NCBI RefSeq assembly: GCF_024521635.1
Contig: NW_026250414.1
Coordinates: 372,001 to 436,000, forward strand
Length of the DNA stretch: 64,000 bases
Direction of reading: 5' to 3'
From: Tricharina praecox
Taxonomy: Eukaryota
A program made the translations under genes and the position numbers. Each line of letters opens with the position of its first letter. Position 1 is the stretch's first letter. A model generated the notes under the pieces. It saw only the letters and a list, made by a program, of their open reading frames with translations, made no database searches and was not told the origin of the DNA. Shown in pieces: positions 36,973 through 51,256 of the stretch.

Positions 36973-39900
36973 TCACAGGAACACACTCGTTCCCACATGC
37001 CCTACTCAGCCTACGCACTTAGGTACGTACTCGGACCGAAAGTGGATTCCACTAGTACTTAGTAGGGCGTGTTTGAATGGGTCGACGGAGGTTATAGGTA
37101 CTTGGGTTTCCCGGGCAAACTATGACAGGCTGACGCGCGACTGGGTACAGTAGGTAGTTCAGAGTGGCGGATCAACGAGTGTTATGTACTGGTCTATCTA
37201 CAGGATGGAATCACCAGCCATAAGTTGAGTGGTGTTACCGTGTCTGTAGTAACCTGGCTTCATACCGATGCCATTCCCGACTTCGGAAGTGCTGGTACTG
37301 GTACGTAAAATATGTATGATACGACTGCAAAACAAGGTCACTGTATTATACATACCTAAACTCCCAGTGTCCTGAGGTTATAATCGGAGCAAGAATGTGA
37401 TCCAAAACGATTGCGTTTGATTCACCAGTATTTCCGAAAAAAAAAAGCCGGGTTTGATTCGGGCCGCGCCAGGTGATAATCCATGACCCGCCGGCCAGGC
37501 CGAATCAGTAGTTACGTTGAAAAGGTGAAAGATCTTCTTCAGTTACATAGCACCTGGATGCAACTTGCAAAAGATACTCCGATCCTTGGAGTCATCCCGC
37601 AGCCCGGCTCTTGTGCCGTATGTACCGGTACTTCCATAGGATTCCCGAGACGAAATCGACCGTAGTCGAGTGATGCCATGTGATCCCCCCCCCCCCCGCC
37701 CCGGGAAGTCTAGGCCTCCTTATTTGCATGCAGAAACAAGCCGACGAAAGCCGTTACACTCGCGGAACAGAATTTCAAATTGTTTACCATGGTATTTTGC
37801 AACGTTAATTTCGTTAGTTTCGTTTTTGCGTTGCAAGGCGGGCGATCGGGATCGTCGATGGCGATGCCGAATCAGGCCGGCGGACGGTAATTGTTCCCCG
37901 TCACTTCCGATTCTGGTCGTTGAACTACCGGTAATGGGGTTTGCAACATGGACTCATGGAGGATGGCAAGACGAAGGCGGTGGGGTCGCTATGGGTAGTA
38001 AGGATTTGCCGCCTACGGTACGCTCCAGACAAAGGATGATACCTTCCACCTGTTCTTCCCGCCGGATGCTATGTAAGACCCTCGAGCTCCCCGTTGAATT
38101 TACCGTCAGTGTGCCCGCAACAGTTAACGGACATTCCGATTAGTTACCCTCTCTCTCCCTCCGGGAGAAGCAGTAGGTAGGCCAGTAAATTCTCCAGGTT
38201 TTTCGGGCAACGCTGGGTCGCTGGGTCGCTGACACCTAGCCGCAAAGTACCGGTATATAGTCCTTCAAATGCCATTGGTTGTTCGACTCGCTATGTACCC
38301 ACGGTTTCAAACTAGTGAACGCTGGAATTCCCTCTGACCGTTGGGGCATGTATAGCCGATGTCCTCTGTAGAGTACCTGTATCTATTGGTTCAACCGTTC
38401 GGTGCTCCCGTCTATTCCGCGGCCATAGTTAGGTATATGTAGGTAATAGGTATGATATATCTGAGTAAGTTCCACACGACGGTCTATTCTGGATACGAGC
38501 ATCTGGATTCCAGACTTGCGTCTTTTAAGGGTTGATACTCGATAGTGCACGATATCTGCGCGGGGGATAATAAGCATGATTGCAAGACTTTTTGCTTATA
38601 CTGACCGCGATTACGGTTGCGAACTGCCATCCCGTCCGCCCTCGGTTCCCCGCGTGTGTACCCGCGTGTGTATCAGCATAATTTGGGGCTTACTCTGGTG
38701 GTGGGGCTGTCGAAGCCTCGAAGTCAGTGGAACGATCACTAGGCGTCCATTCTATCGATACATAGCCGACAATTCGCAACTGCTGTGCCACCCATCCTCC
38801 GAGTCCCCTCCGACCGACCGAACGATAGATACGGTACGGGCCGTGTTCTGGGTACTTAGGGCCCGAACCGAACCGCCTCGCCTTGTCTCGCCTCGCCGCG
38901 CCGCGAGAAAATATCCACGAACGGGCGTGGTAAAACAGTGGAGGTCTCAACTCTTGAGCAGTATGGCAAACAGAAGCATAGAACGGCGGAACTGCTAGGT
39001 GGGTAATATCAATGGATACTTGTGATTACTCTATACACGCTGCGGCCGTCGCGACTCGCGAGTGCTGCTCCCTTTCATTCAGCCCCATTGCGCGCGGGCA
39101 AAAAAAGCTTGTCGCCTTGCCCGACATGTCACAATCATTACTTATCCGACGGCCTTAAGAAAAAGACGCCTATTCCGGCATGGAAACCTGTGATTTTTCG
39201 ACGAATCAAAGTTATATCTACGCGGTGTGCAACGTAGTCCGCGTTTTTTTAGAGCACATAACTTACCGTAAGGCTCCGAAACGAGCTACATACGGTCCTA
39301 CGGTCCAACTCCAGGGCCCAGGGGACCAAGGTGCAGCAGACGAGGTCCGCACAGCGTGGAGGAGCGTGAAGGAGCGAGGGATTCGGAGGTCGCTGGGGAC
39401 TCGGCAGACTCTGCGGAGAGGTTCAAACTTCAAACTTCAAACAGAGGGAAGAAGCCGACATGGTTATCCGGGCGAATCATACTGCACAGATGTCCTACTC
39501 TACTATTCCTCAAGTATTATTTATTTTCGTCTTTCTTTCTTTTCTAAACACGGTTTAGAACGGATTTCGGTGGGCAGCAGGCCGTAAGAAGCAACACGTC
39601 CGACACTCCGAGACACGACTACACTGCCGATCGCTGACTGAATTTTGTTTTGTGGGATTCCTCTTTCTCGGATCTGCAGGGTCTTGTCACGAGTTGGCCC
39701 GCATTTCACGTGAGGGATGGATGGAGCGAAGGAGGAAGCGAAGGATCGAGATCCCACCACGACGACGACTATGTACGCCGGTGAAGGCTTCTGCTGCATG
39801 CTCCTGCTGCTGCCTCTGCTGCTGCTGCTGCTGCTGCTGCTGGGGGATTCGTGACAATTGCTCTATGTAGATGCTCTGCTCGGAGAGAAGAGGCAGAGGC

Positions 39901-40884
39901 AGAGGCATCAGGCCATAACAGAAGACGGTACGTACGGTACTTAACTGCATGGAGTGCTGTCGGAAAAGAGTGCCGAGCTGCTGCTGCTGCTGCTGCTGCT
40001 CGTGAGTGAGTGCGAAGCTAATGGTGGCTGGAGCCGGTCGGTATGTAGGTTGGCTGGATGGATGGATGGAGGGATGGTGGTGGGCTGACTTCGTATCGCT
40101 ACTCTATCTAGAGTAGAGTAGCAAAGGGAGGGTTACCTTTGGGTCGGGGCGGTGACGGCGGCGGTGCGAATGGTACGTACTACTCTAGAGTAGATACCGT
40201 GCTCTACTGTGTACCTGCGCCCGTTGGCCGGTTGCCGAGTGGCATTCGGATTGGCGGACGCCCCCCCTTCTATCTACTTCTTTACTTCTTTCTTTCTTTC
40301 CTTCTTTCTCTCCGTGGAGATCTTGGTTCTTCTTCACTGTCATCGATGATTTTTTGGCCGCTCAAAGCTTCGAAAGGACTGGCTGGCTGGATAACTGACT
40401 GACTGCACCGCAAAGCCTTTCTCTCTCTCGCCCTCTAGTTACTTATCTACCTACTCTATCTGCCTCGTACAGCTCCTGCAGACAGAAGGGCCTGGCCCCT
40501 CTGCGCGGGTGACATCAGGCGGCATGGGGACGAAGGGTCTTCAACGCTCTGGACTCGCGGTTGGAGTCGTGCATTCTTGGCGGCGTGCGTAGAGTACGGC
40601 TGGCCATCTTGGAGCTCGGCTTCTTCGTCTTCTTCATATTCTTCTTCCTCTTGTTGTTGTTGCTCTGAGTCTGTGATCTGAACGTCCAGTTCCCATCGTG
40701 CTCTGCCCGTAGGTCTAGAAGTTACCCGTCGTCATAGAAACGATCACGAAGGCGAACCAACCCCTCTCCACCCCCACTCCCCCCCGCAGGAGCAACTACA
40801 TATCATATATACACACGATAGATGCCTTGCGTCGGATTGGTGTCTTGCCCGATCACCCGAGCCGAGGCACGCGTGCTCCGTACC

Positions 40885-40932
<48 letters not shown>

Positions 40933-40933
40933 G
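40885..40933. repeat. (GTCT)n microsatellite
   Basis: About 12 tandem GTCT units. Confidence 0.95.
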
Positions 40934-41775
40934 CCCAAGCACCAAGCTCGGGCTGTCTCCGCTGCCGCCGTCGCCGCCGCCGCGCCGCCCCCGCTGCTGC
41001 TTATTCATCGCTCCTACGAGCAGCAGGCCATAGCATAGAAGTGAGTAACTTATAGTAGCGATAGCCATTCTATCCGAGTATCCACCGTCCCCAGACAGAC
41101 TCGAACTCTAGAGTGCTCTACCGGCAGTCCGACCGGATACTCTACGCTGTGTTACACCCCCGGTACATACGCACAACCAGAACCCATCAAACTTTCCCAT
41201 CATCCTTCACGCGCACCGATATTCCTCTCCCACCCCCCCACAGCATATCCATCGCGTTTTTTCCGCTTCTCTCTCCATCTGCTGCACGGAAACTGATCCT
41301 CGCTGGTCGCGCATTTTCTTCCTGTTGCTTGGCACATCCCTTCTTTCTGCCTCTATCCCTCCACCCACCCCCCCCCCAGAAAACCCCAAACCCCAGCCCG
41401 ATCATCATCATCCCCGTCCTGTCTGTCGTCCAACCACCGACCAACCGAACGATCGACCGACCGACGCAGTCCAGTCTAAAAGTCCATATCTATCATAATC
41501 AGAGACCTAGGCGGTTCAGTTCACAGTCGCTCGACGCGGTCGGCCATCCTTCCTTCTCTCCCTCCCTCCTCCTCAGCGAACCAACCGACAAAACTCTTCA
41601 CGAAAGGAACGGCCAAAACAAACCATTCTCCCCCCTCCCTCCCCTCCTCCCCTCCCCCTCCCCCCCCCCTCCGTCCCCAGTGAGTTGCTGTCAGGAAAGA
41701 AAGAAAGAAAGAAAGAGAGAGGAAGAACAAACATAGCGGCATACCCGGTAATACACGCGCGGAAATCGGAAAACC

Positions 41776-44700
41776 ATGGACATCAGCTCACTTCTCTCGC
41801 CTTCGGACGAGCTCTCGCACACGAACGTCGTCCCCTCGCCGCGTTCGCGGCCTTCAATCAGTGGCTCGAATTCGGAAACTTCGGTCGCGAGTGCACACCC
41901 GCCAGCGAACACAGCACCACCATCGCTGCTGCAACCCCCGGGACATGTGCAGGATGGCGGTAGACGGCGGTCGTCAGCTTACACCGATGATGCTGCCGCT
42001 TCGGAGGAACGGGCGGATGTCGATATGACGGACAACAACGATATGGATAATGCTAGCAACAACAACACTACCACATCCACCCCCGTCCCCCTCCCAAGGG
42101 AGGCGGCGGAACCTCTGACGGAAGAGGACTACAAGGAGATCCAAGATGTGCTGGAAACGGTAGCGACTCACCCTTACCAGTACTCGGAACACGTTAAGTG
42201 CATTGGCCTGCTCCGTCGCGCATTCCTTACGGCTCAGGAGGATCGGAAACCGCTGCTGCGTGAGCTCCGCGCCGCCCGAGAAACCATGATCTCGATATTC
42301 CCCATGGTCGAGAACATGTGGCTGGAGTGGATTGAGGATGAGCGGTGTGAGGCGGATACCTTCGAGGAGCGGTGGAAGCTGATGGATCTCTGCACCCGGG
42401 CTGTGACGGACCAGGTTGCCAGCGTGAAGCTGTTCAAGGCGTACGCGGATTTTGTGGAGGCACAGCACGTGTATGCGAACTCCGCGGGGAAGGGCAAGAT
42501 GGTCGAGGAGCAGCTCAATGCGTTGAAGGAGCTCTTCCAGCACGAGGTTGTGGTGGATACGTACCGGCAGGGTGCCGAGGCTACAATAAACGACATTGCG
42601 AGCAGTCACCTGCTCTGGGACAAGTACCGGGATCTCGTGTTGCAGGATCTGGCGAAGGACCCAACCGCGGAGAAGATCGATCATGTGTACAAGATGTATA
42701 GGGATCGTCTCCGGGTGCCGCACGCAACAATATCACACACGTTCGCCGCTTTTAGCCAGTTTGTTACGCAGTATGACAATGCCAATTACGAGAGCATCAT
42801 GGTGAGCTACAACAAGATCTACTCGGCCGCCTTCGCCAAGAATTCCGAGCGCGAGATGTACGAGCTTTCCCTCAAACGCGAGGTCGACTCCAGCAAGACG
42901 CCCGGCGCCGAGGAGTGGCGCATCTGGTCGGAATACCTTGCGTGGGAGACATCGCAGCCGCGGAAGAAGCTCGATGAGCGGCTGGCTTCGGCACTGTACG
43001 AACGTTGTCTGCTCCGCTTCGGCGAACAGGCAAAGGTGTGGGAGGACTACGTGTTTTTCCTGCTGGAGAAGGGTCAGAACACCATGGCGAAGGTCGTCTC
43101 GGTGCTGCAACGCGCAACCCGACATTGTCCGTGGTCCGGGGCCCTGTGGGCGCAATACATCGTCGCTCTGGAGAAGGGGTTCAAGCCGTTCGAGGAGGTG
43201 GCGCATGCCAAGCACAGAGCCACGAAGACGGAGCTGCTGGATCTTGCCGGACCCGAGGAGGTGTTGATGGTGAACATTGCGTGGTGCGGGTTTCTGAAGC
43301 GGAGGGCATTCGAGCACGATGCCGCCGAGGAGGACCACGACATGGCGGAGATGGGAATCGGCGAGGCCGTGACCGAGGTCGAGAACGGAAAATTCCAGGA
43401 CCCGGATTACCGACTACATCGCATCCAGATCAATTTCTACACCGCGGCAAAGAAGTTCGATACCGCCCGCTCGATCTGGCAGGAGCTGAGAAAGTCGAAG
43501 GGGACTTCGTACGAGTTCTGGCAGAGATACTACAACTGGGAGTTTGGCCACGGGACCAAGGACCACGCCGCTGCGGTTTTGAAGCGTGCTCTCACCGTCA
43601 AGACCCTGGACTGGCCCGAGAAGATTCTCGAGATGTGGAGAACCCATGTGGAGGATTTCGGAAACCCGACGGACGTGGAAGCAATGATGGTCAAGCACAG
43701 ACGGTATCTTTTGGAGATTACGGAGAAGCGGGAGGCGGAACGCGCTTTGGCAATTCAACAGCAGCCGCCCGAGCCGGTTGCGGCGGAACCAACGGCACAG
43801 GAGGAACAGCCGATATCACTCGGAAACGGAAAGCGCCGGAGAAGCGAGGCGGGAGACGATACGCAGCCTTCGCCGAAAAAGGCCAAGTCTGCTGAAGGGT
43901 CGGCAGTAGCAGCAGTCGCTGTCCCCGTTGCGGCTGTGGCGTTGGTCAATCAGGCACCGCCGACGGCTCAGCAGGTTGCCAAGCGTGATCGCGAGAATAC
44001 TACCATCATCGTCAGGAATATCCCGCCGAACTATCCTGACGTGAAAGTTCGGCAGTTCTTCAGAGACGTAAGTTCGCTCTAATGTTCCCACCACAAACGC
44101 CCTGTAACTAATAATACTCGATACAGTGTGGTACGATTAACAGTCTGAAGGTGGTCAATGATAATAATGGAAATTCTGCCACGGCCACTGTCGAGTTTGA
44201 CGCGAAGGATTCCGTTGTTACGGCCCAGACAAAATCTATGAAAAAGATTGACGGGTTTCAGATCGAGATCCAAGTTGGAACTGGGTCAACGCTTTACGTT
44301 ACCAACTTTCCCCCGATTGCCGATGAGACATACATCCGAGACCTCTTCAAAGACGTGGGTTCCAACCCATACATCTCGAGTATTTTCAGTGCTGACAATG
44401 TTAATCAGTTTGGTGAGATAGTTGATATACGGTTTCCCAGCTTAAAATACAACACGCACCGTCGGTTCTGCTACATCCAATTTTCCTCCTCCGAGGCGGC
44501 ACACGCAGCCACGAGCCTGGACGGCAAACAGTTGGGAGAGAAGGAATTCCTTGTGGCCAAGATTTCGGCGCCAAATCAGAAGAAGGAACGGACCAGCGCC
44601 ACTGCGGACGGGCGAGAGGTTTACATCCGCAACATCGATTTCCAGGCTAGGGAGAGTGATGTGCGCGATATCTTCTCCAAATACGGCAGGATCGAGAAAG

Positions 44701-45515
44701 TGCGTTTACCACCGGGGCCGAAGAAGGGAACACACAAGGGATTCGGATTCGTCACGTACGAGTTTAAGGAGGAAGCGGATGCGTGCTTGGTCGAGAGCGG
44801 AACCAGGTTGAAGTCGAGGGAGCTCGAGGTCAGCATAGCGCAGTTGAACCCTGCAAAGTTTGTGCCCGGGAATGCGGTCAATGCTGGGAGATCGATGTCG
44901 CCAGCTGTACAGCACGATAACCACTCCACCAACGGCGCCAACGCTTCACAGAGACCCGAGGGGGATGAAGGAGCCAGCGGAACGCCTCCACCGGATTTTG
45001 AGACGATCAAGAAGAAGACGTTGGGCATCATGAACCTATCCGATACGGTCAACGACGCTCGTCTCCGCACACTCTTCGAGGCCTTTGGACCGCTACGGAA
45101 GATCGCGCTGCGGCCGGCACACCAGGGCGCAATCGTCGAGTACGAGAACATTGCCGATGCTGGAAAGGCCTCGCTCGCACTCGACGGAAAGGAGCTCGAC
45201 GGAATGAAGATCCACATCGGCGACTTGCCCGAGCTGATGCATCGCCAGCCGGAGAAGAAGCTCACCAAGGGCTTCGAGAAGAAGAAGCCTGCCCCGACAG
45301 CTGCAATTTTAGTGCCGAGGAGTCAGACATTAGGCGGAGGGAGGGGAGGAAGAGGCGGTGGTGGCCAGAGACGCGGGCTGGGATTCGCGCATGCAATGTC
45401 GAAAAAGCCGGCTGCACCTGTAGATACGGAGGGGAAGGAGGCCGCACCAGAGGCGGAGAGGAAGCCAGGAAGCAGTAACGATGAGTTCAAGAAGATGTTT
45501 CTTGCTGGGCGGTAG
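41776..45515 (+). CDS. PRP24: U4/U6 snRNP recycling factor Prp24/SART3 (HAT repeats, RRMs, Lsm-interaction motif); introns 44068-44126 and 44355-44408
   Basis: HAT-like repeats (MWLEWIEDE, RATRHCPWSGALW), KRDRENTTIIVRN, RRM motifs (TLYVTNFPP, RRFCYIQF, KGFGFV) and C-terminal SNDEFKKMFL. Confidence 0.95.
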
Positions 45516-45821
45516 GAAGGAGGGGTGTGGTGTTCGTTTTACCTTTACCATGTGTTTTTGCTTTCTTGGGCGAGCAGATGTTTGTATAGAAGTCATTACT
45601 GTATCATAATTCTGGGCGGTGTAGGGGGTGGGGTGGAATTGGTGGGATTTGTCGAGATGGTGTTGGTGCTACTGGGAGTGTTCCTCCGCGAGGTGATTTC
45701 TGCTTACGTATGCGGAATGGCCCACAACTGGGTATAGAATCGAAAATGAAGTGTATATACCTCTTATGAGTTTCCGAGACCCTAAACAAACATAACGCCA
45801 GCTCACCCCATCCAGCACAAG

Positions 45822-46613
45822 TCAAGCCACCGCCTCATTGATCAACCCCCAGCCCAGCTGATCCCTCCTCCTCGCCCTCTCCACACTCTCGACCTGCACC
45901 CGTCTCCTGGGCTTATCCCCCCTCTCCCCGTCCCTCACCCTTTCCGCGACGGCCTCCACCTCCCTCAGCGCCTCATCCACGGCTCTCACAACACGTCTAT
46001 TCCCCTCGGTCTCCGCCCGCACCTTCGCCAGCTGCTGCTGCATCATGAGACACAGCGTCTCCCGCGCCTGGTGCGGGCGGTACTGGTTGATCAAGTGGTG
46101 CATGTTGAACAGCACCGTCTGCACGTCCGCAGTCTTGGCCGCGTACTCCTCTGGCACTACGGCTAGCAGGCCTACTAGCTCTAGGAACGAGAGGAGGAGC
46201 GATTTGGAGAGGCGTCGGAGGGAGTGGATGTTGCTCGTGCTCGTGCTCGTGCTTGGCGGGGTGGATGAGGGGGGGGTGGTGCTGGGGGAGGGTGAGGTGG
46301 AATGGGGGGGGGAAGTGGGCGAGGGAGAGTATAGGCGGGGTATCCCGTGTGATTCGAGGGAGGCGTGCACTGGCGGGTCCGCCCAGAATGAGGAGAAGGT
46401 CCAGTAGCTGCCCGAGGGGGGAAGGGGCGGCGGGGAAAGGTAGTGGAGAGGCGAGTCGGCGGGGAGGGTCGGGGGGGGCGGGGAGGTGGGAGAGAGGTTG
46501 TGGGTCCGCTGGTGGGACCGCAGCTCTGAGAGGTTGGACGTGGTGAAGTGGGTGTAAAAGTTTGGTGGGTCCGGGAAGGCGGAGAGCGTGCTTTGGTTTG
46601 GGTCCGTGGCCAT
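45822..46613 (-). CDS. MED7: Mediator complex subunit 7
   Basis: MATDPNQSTLSAFPDPPNFYTHFT, YLSPPPLP..GSYWTF, LESHGIPRLY, LRRLSKSLLLSFLELVG, NMHHLINQYRPHQARETL. Confidence 0.93.
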   Translation of the reverse strand: MATDPNQSTLSAFPDPPNFYTHFTTSNLSELRSHQRTHNLSPTSPPPPTLPADSPLHYLSPPPLPPSGSYWTFSSFWADPPVHASLESHGIPRLYSPSPTSPPHSTSPSPSTTPPSSTPPSTSTSTSNIHSLRRLSKSLLLSFLELVGLLAVVPEEYAAKTADVQTVLFNMHHLINQYRPHQARETLCLMMQQQLAKVRAETEGNRRVVRAVDEALREVEAVAERVRDGERGDKPRRRVQVESVERARRRDQLGWGLINEAVA

Positions 46614-47065
46614 TGTGGAGGTTGGCGTGTGCGTCGGTGGATTGGGGTAGTGGTGGTGTGGGAGTGGTTGGTTGGTTGGTGGGGGATGGTGGTACAGGAG
46701 TGGTTGTGGTGGATTTGGAAGTGGTGAGGATGGGTGGGCAGGGCGGGGGGAGACGTGTCGGCAGGGTAAGTGCGGTGACGGCATATTATCCGCGACAAGA
46801 GCCGGATCGAGTGGCGGCCCAGCAGACAGCTGCCTGCGGCCCCGGATTGCTTGTTTTGTTTCTAGAAACAACCTCATCCCACACACAAGCTTCCGCCCTA
46901 TACACTCTTAACTACCCCGCCCGGCGCTCCGCTGCATTGTCAGAGTTAGTGGCGCCATTCGTGAGACCGCAATAGTCAATTAGCCCATACACATACACAC
47001 CCGCCATTACCGCATCACTTGACTCCCCTATCCCGCCACCACCGGACAGCCACGGCTACGGCACC

Positions 47066-48080
47066 ATGCCCGCCAGGAGCAGCACATACCTAAAATCCAA
47101 CGTATCCATGTCAGAGCGGGGCTTCCTACCGGCTTTGTGGCGCTTCAGCAGTGTCAGTAGCATGTAACCTCGGGGTGTCTCCCGTCTTCCCCCGCTACGC
47201 TGACCGTCCACAGCGCGCCTACATCCCCGACTGGTTCGGCGTGCTTCTCCTCGCGCTCGCCAACCTCGCAATCCTCTTCTTCACGCCATTCCACCGCCTA
47301 TTCAGCCTCGACGACCGACGTATCTCGTACCCGCACGCAGACCCCGAGCGAGTTCCCGTTCCCCAGCTATTCTTCTTCTCCGCGGGTCTGCCCCTGCTGA
47401 TCATCACACTCTACACCCTCGCCGCGCCCTCCACCTCCTCGAAGTCGCACAAACTGCACGTCGCCCTCCTCGGCCTATCCACCTCCCTCCTCCTAACCGC
47501 GTTCACAACGGACCTGATAAAAAACAGCGTTGGCCGCGCCCGCCCGGACCTGCTGGCGCGCTGCGCCGCGCGCCCAGGAACCCCGCGCCACGAACTCGTC
47601 GACTGGACCGTCTGCACGCAGAGCGACGCGCACACGCTCCACGACGGCTTCCGCAGCTTCCCGTCCGGACACAGCTCTTTCGCCTGGGCTGGGCTGGGGT
47701 ATCTGGCGCTTTTCCTGGCGGGGCAGATGGGTGCGCTAAGGAGAGGCGCGGGGATGGCGAGGGTGGTTGCGGCGGCAACACCGCTCGTGGGCGCGGCACT
47801 CATCGCGATTTCCAGGACTGAGGATTATAGGCATGATGTCTTTGATGTATCCGTGGGCACGGGGATTGGCGCGGTCACGGCGTGGTTTGCGTATAGGAGG
47901 TGGTTTCGGGCCTTGCAGGCGAGGAAGTGTGATGTCCCGTATGAAAGAGAGGAGCCGGAGGAGGAGGCAGGGTTTAGGAAGTTGAGGGAGGTCGAGATGG
48001 GCAGGGTAGCCGGGTTGGTGAATGGTGAGGAGGTGGGCGATATGGCGGATGAGTGGGAGAGGGAGAGAGAGAGGGTGTAG
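47066..48080 (+). CDS. DPP1: PAP2-family lipid/diacylglycerol-pyrophosphate phosphatase; intron 47153-47213
   Basis: Three catalytic motifs KNSVGRARP, SFPSGH and SRTEDYRHDVFD; several hydrophobic helices; ATG at 47066 in CACCATG context. Confidence 0.9.
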
Positions 48081-48809
48081 GGTTTTGGGGAGGAGTGTAT
48101 GTATATCTGGGGCGTTTTTCTTCTCTTCTGGTTACAATATCTCATTTGGATCTTGGTTTATATGGCGGTAAGGTAAGGTACAGCATACAGGTAGTCGTGT
48201 TGCTTGCATTGGTGGAATATTTATGCTCGAGTTCAGTTACATACTTTGTACTTGGTAATACAAGATACGGTGAGTGTCAGGCAGGATGCTTCAGCCCTAT
48301 ACACAGTTGGTGTGCGGTTGTGGCGTATGGTACGGTGGGATCTGTTCTACGTGCATATAAATTGGCCCGATATCGATATCGATCACGCAGGGTCACTCAA
48401 TCGATCCACATCCACATCCGTGTCTGTGTACAAGTTCCAGCCATTCGGCCGGAGAGGTGGAGGGGAGGGGAGGGGGATTAACATGCCATCCTCGCACCTC
48501 CGATGAACCCCGGGCCAATCCCGCATCGGGCGAATGATCCGCGGGGTGTCTCACACATCTCAACCCGACTGGCCCTGATCACGGACGGGCGTCAGGCGAA
48601 CGAACCGGCGTCCTACCCACCACGTCGGCGGCGCTGGATACCTGCAGCAGCGTGCACGTAGAGTACGTATGGGGATATAGAATAGCCAGCCAGCCTAACC
48701 CGTGCCGCCTGCGTCCGTCGCTGGATGGATATATAACCTCCACTATCTCCCCTTGCCTTGCATCTCCCACCGCTCCCCCACCGCTCTCCCCTCGCCCGCC
48801 CCGCACAGC

Positions 48810-50679
48810 ATGGCCGCACCCATCACCGCCAGAGACCCAACCGCGGGCACGCCCGACTCCTCGTCAGCACTGTTATCCTCGCAGCGCGCACTCGGCGTGC
48901 TGCCAGACGATGCACTCACACCCGTGTACGGCAGCAAGGCGCACGTGCTCAACGCTGCGATACAGAAAATCGGCATGGGGAGGTACCAGTGTGGGCTGTT
49001 CTGCGTGGCCGGGTTCGGGTGGTTGGCGGATAGTGTTTGTTCCCTCTTTGGCGGGAGTTGCTGGTGCTGCTGGCGCAGGTGTTGACGAGAAATGTGTTGA
49101 CGGGGAATGTGGTTGTGGCTATGTAGCTATGGACGCAGGTTGCGGGATTGATATTACCTGCGGTTATCCCGGAGCTGAAGCCTGCGCGGATCGAGTATTT
49201 GGCGCTGGCACAGTACCGTACCGCCCTCCCCCCCCCTTCCCCGCTTGTTTACATCCGCTGACCGCGAGCAGTAGGCGCAATGCTCGGCGCCTTCGTCTGG
49301 GGCGTCGCATCGGACATGATCGGGCGGCGCACGGTCTTCAACGTGACGCTGCTGATCACGGGGGTATTCGGGGTAGCCGCGGGGGGGATGGAAACGTTCG
49401 CTGCGGTGGCGGTCATGACCGCGCTGTGGAGCGTCGGCGTCGGCGGGAATATCCCCGTCGACTCTGCCGTCTTCCTAGAGTTCCTCCCCGGAAGCCATCA
49501 GTGGCTGCTTACCGCTATGAATGTTTGGTGGTGTGTCGGGCAGATAGGTGAGTGACCCAGAGAGATGGGGGAGGTTGCGGCGGAGGGTGCGGCGGAGGCT
49601 GATGGGTGGGTGGGAAATAGTTGCGAGCGCGGTTGCGTGGCCGCTGTTGACCAATTTCTCGTGTCGGGGCGGGGACACGTGTGAGCGCGGCCGGAACATG
49701 GGCTGGCGGTACTTCCTCTTCGCGATGGGAACGCTGACTCTGGTGCTGTTCCTGCTGCGCTTCTGGGCGTTCAAGCTCTACGAGTCGCCCAAGTACCTGA
49801 TGGGACGGGGCAACGATGTTGCAGCCGCCGAAGTGGTGCAAAAGGTTGCACGGTACAATGGCGTCGAGTCCGAGTTTGGAGTCGCGGAGCTGTCGGCCGT
49901 GGATACGGCAGCGGGAGGGGCAGGAGGGGCAGGAGGAGTGCAAGGTGATCTGGGCATCCTGAGCCATCTCCGCGCCCTCTTTGCCACAAGGGAGCTGGCC
50001 ACCAGCACACTGCTCATATTGGCGATCTGGTTCCTAACCGTATATACCTTCCCCGCGCCTCTCCCTTCCCGCGCACACTAACCCCCCCAACAGGGACTCG
50101 GCTTCCCGCTGTACAACGCCTTCCTCCCGTACTTCCTTACGCGCCACGCCGGAACCACTCAGCCCAGCCAGTCGATAGCATACCGCAACTACCTGATAAT
50201 TCTGTGCATGAACATACCCGGCGGCCTAGTCGCCGCCTTCACAGTGGAGCTCAAGGGGCTGGGGCGGAAGGGAACGATGAGCATTGGCGCGTTCATGACT
50301 GGCACATTCCTCCTCGCCGGGACGACGGCGAGCACGAGTAACCAGCTGTTGGCATGGAACTGCGTCTATGGGTTTGCGGGGACGTTGATGGCCGGGGCGC
50401 TGTACGGTATGTCTTTCTGCCATATAAATCCCCCGCCCGCGAACATGCCTAACAGGAAAAGCCTACACGCCTGAGGTATTCCCGACAAACCACAGAGGCA
50501 CCGGGTATGGACTTGCGATGACGGCGAATCGTGTGGGCGGCGTGCTGGCGCCCGTGGTGGCAATGTATGCGGATGTCGATACACCCGTGCCGGTGTATAT
50601 TGCCGGATCGATGTTTCTTGTAGCCGGTGTGCTCATGTTGGTCCTGCCGTTTGAGAGTCGCGGGAAGAGTAGTATGTGA
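48810..50679 (+). CDS. MFS transporter (sugar/organic-ion, SVOP-like fungal family), multi-exon
   Basis: VYGSKAHVLNAAIQKIGMGRYQ, WGVASDMIGRR, VGGNIPVDSAVFLEFLP, NMGWRY, LYESPKYL, GFPLYNAFLPY, LGRKGT, YTPEVFPT.HRGTG, LPFESRGK. Confidence 0.9.
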
Positions 50680-51256
50680 TTTGACGGAGCTGGGGTGCGC
50701 TTGGTGGTGGGCGAGTGATGAATGGTGGTGATGATTATGTGATACCTACCATGGAAAGAAAAGGAAAGTAAAGATGATGTGGTCCCAGAAAACCTACCTA
50801 CCTAAGCCTTGGCCAGATTCAAAGGGTACGCGAGAAACCTAGGTTGCAGTACTGGACTTCCCGGCGCCAACCTTCAATGGCAGACGTAGTGTACTCGGTT
50901 CCAATAAGCTTTGCAGCGTACTGCCCGAATCACCCAATAAGTATATGGTAGGAAATAAAAGCCACCAGAACGATGGAGTGTTTGTCGTCGTGCACGTGAT
51001 TTCGCCAGAATTAGACCGCAGTTATCTGCATTCCAATTCCATCACGATCCATGCGTGTATCACTCGAGATCGAGTGCTGGCCGTGTCCTGAAATGCAAGT
51101 GGAGGTCCGCATCGTGGAGTTTCTTCGGCTCCGATTTATACATAGCGGCGGATGTACTATCAGCACGCTGATTCCTTCGGAAGATTATCCAACACTCGTC
51201 AGCTTCAACGTGCTTGTACGGTTGTACCTAAAGTTATGGAGTAGGTAACTGTCTAT

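Noticed and set aside
41974-45268. Long alternative-frame and antisense ORFs within PRP24 (e.g. 43005-43895, 41974-42723)
   Set aside because: Expected by-products of GC-rich codon bias in a real CDS.
46614-46886. N-terminal extension of the MED7 ORF
   Set aside because: C/A-rich leader; Med7 homology starts at the ATG at 46613.
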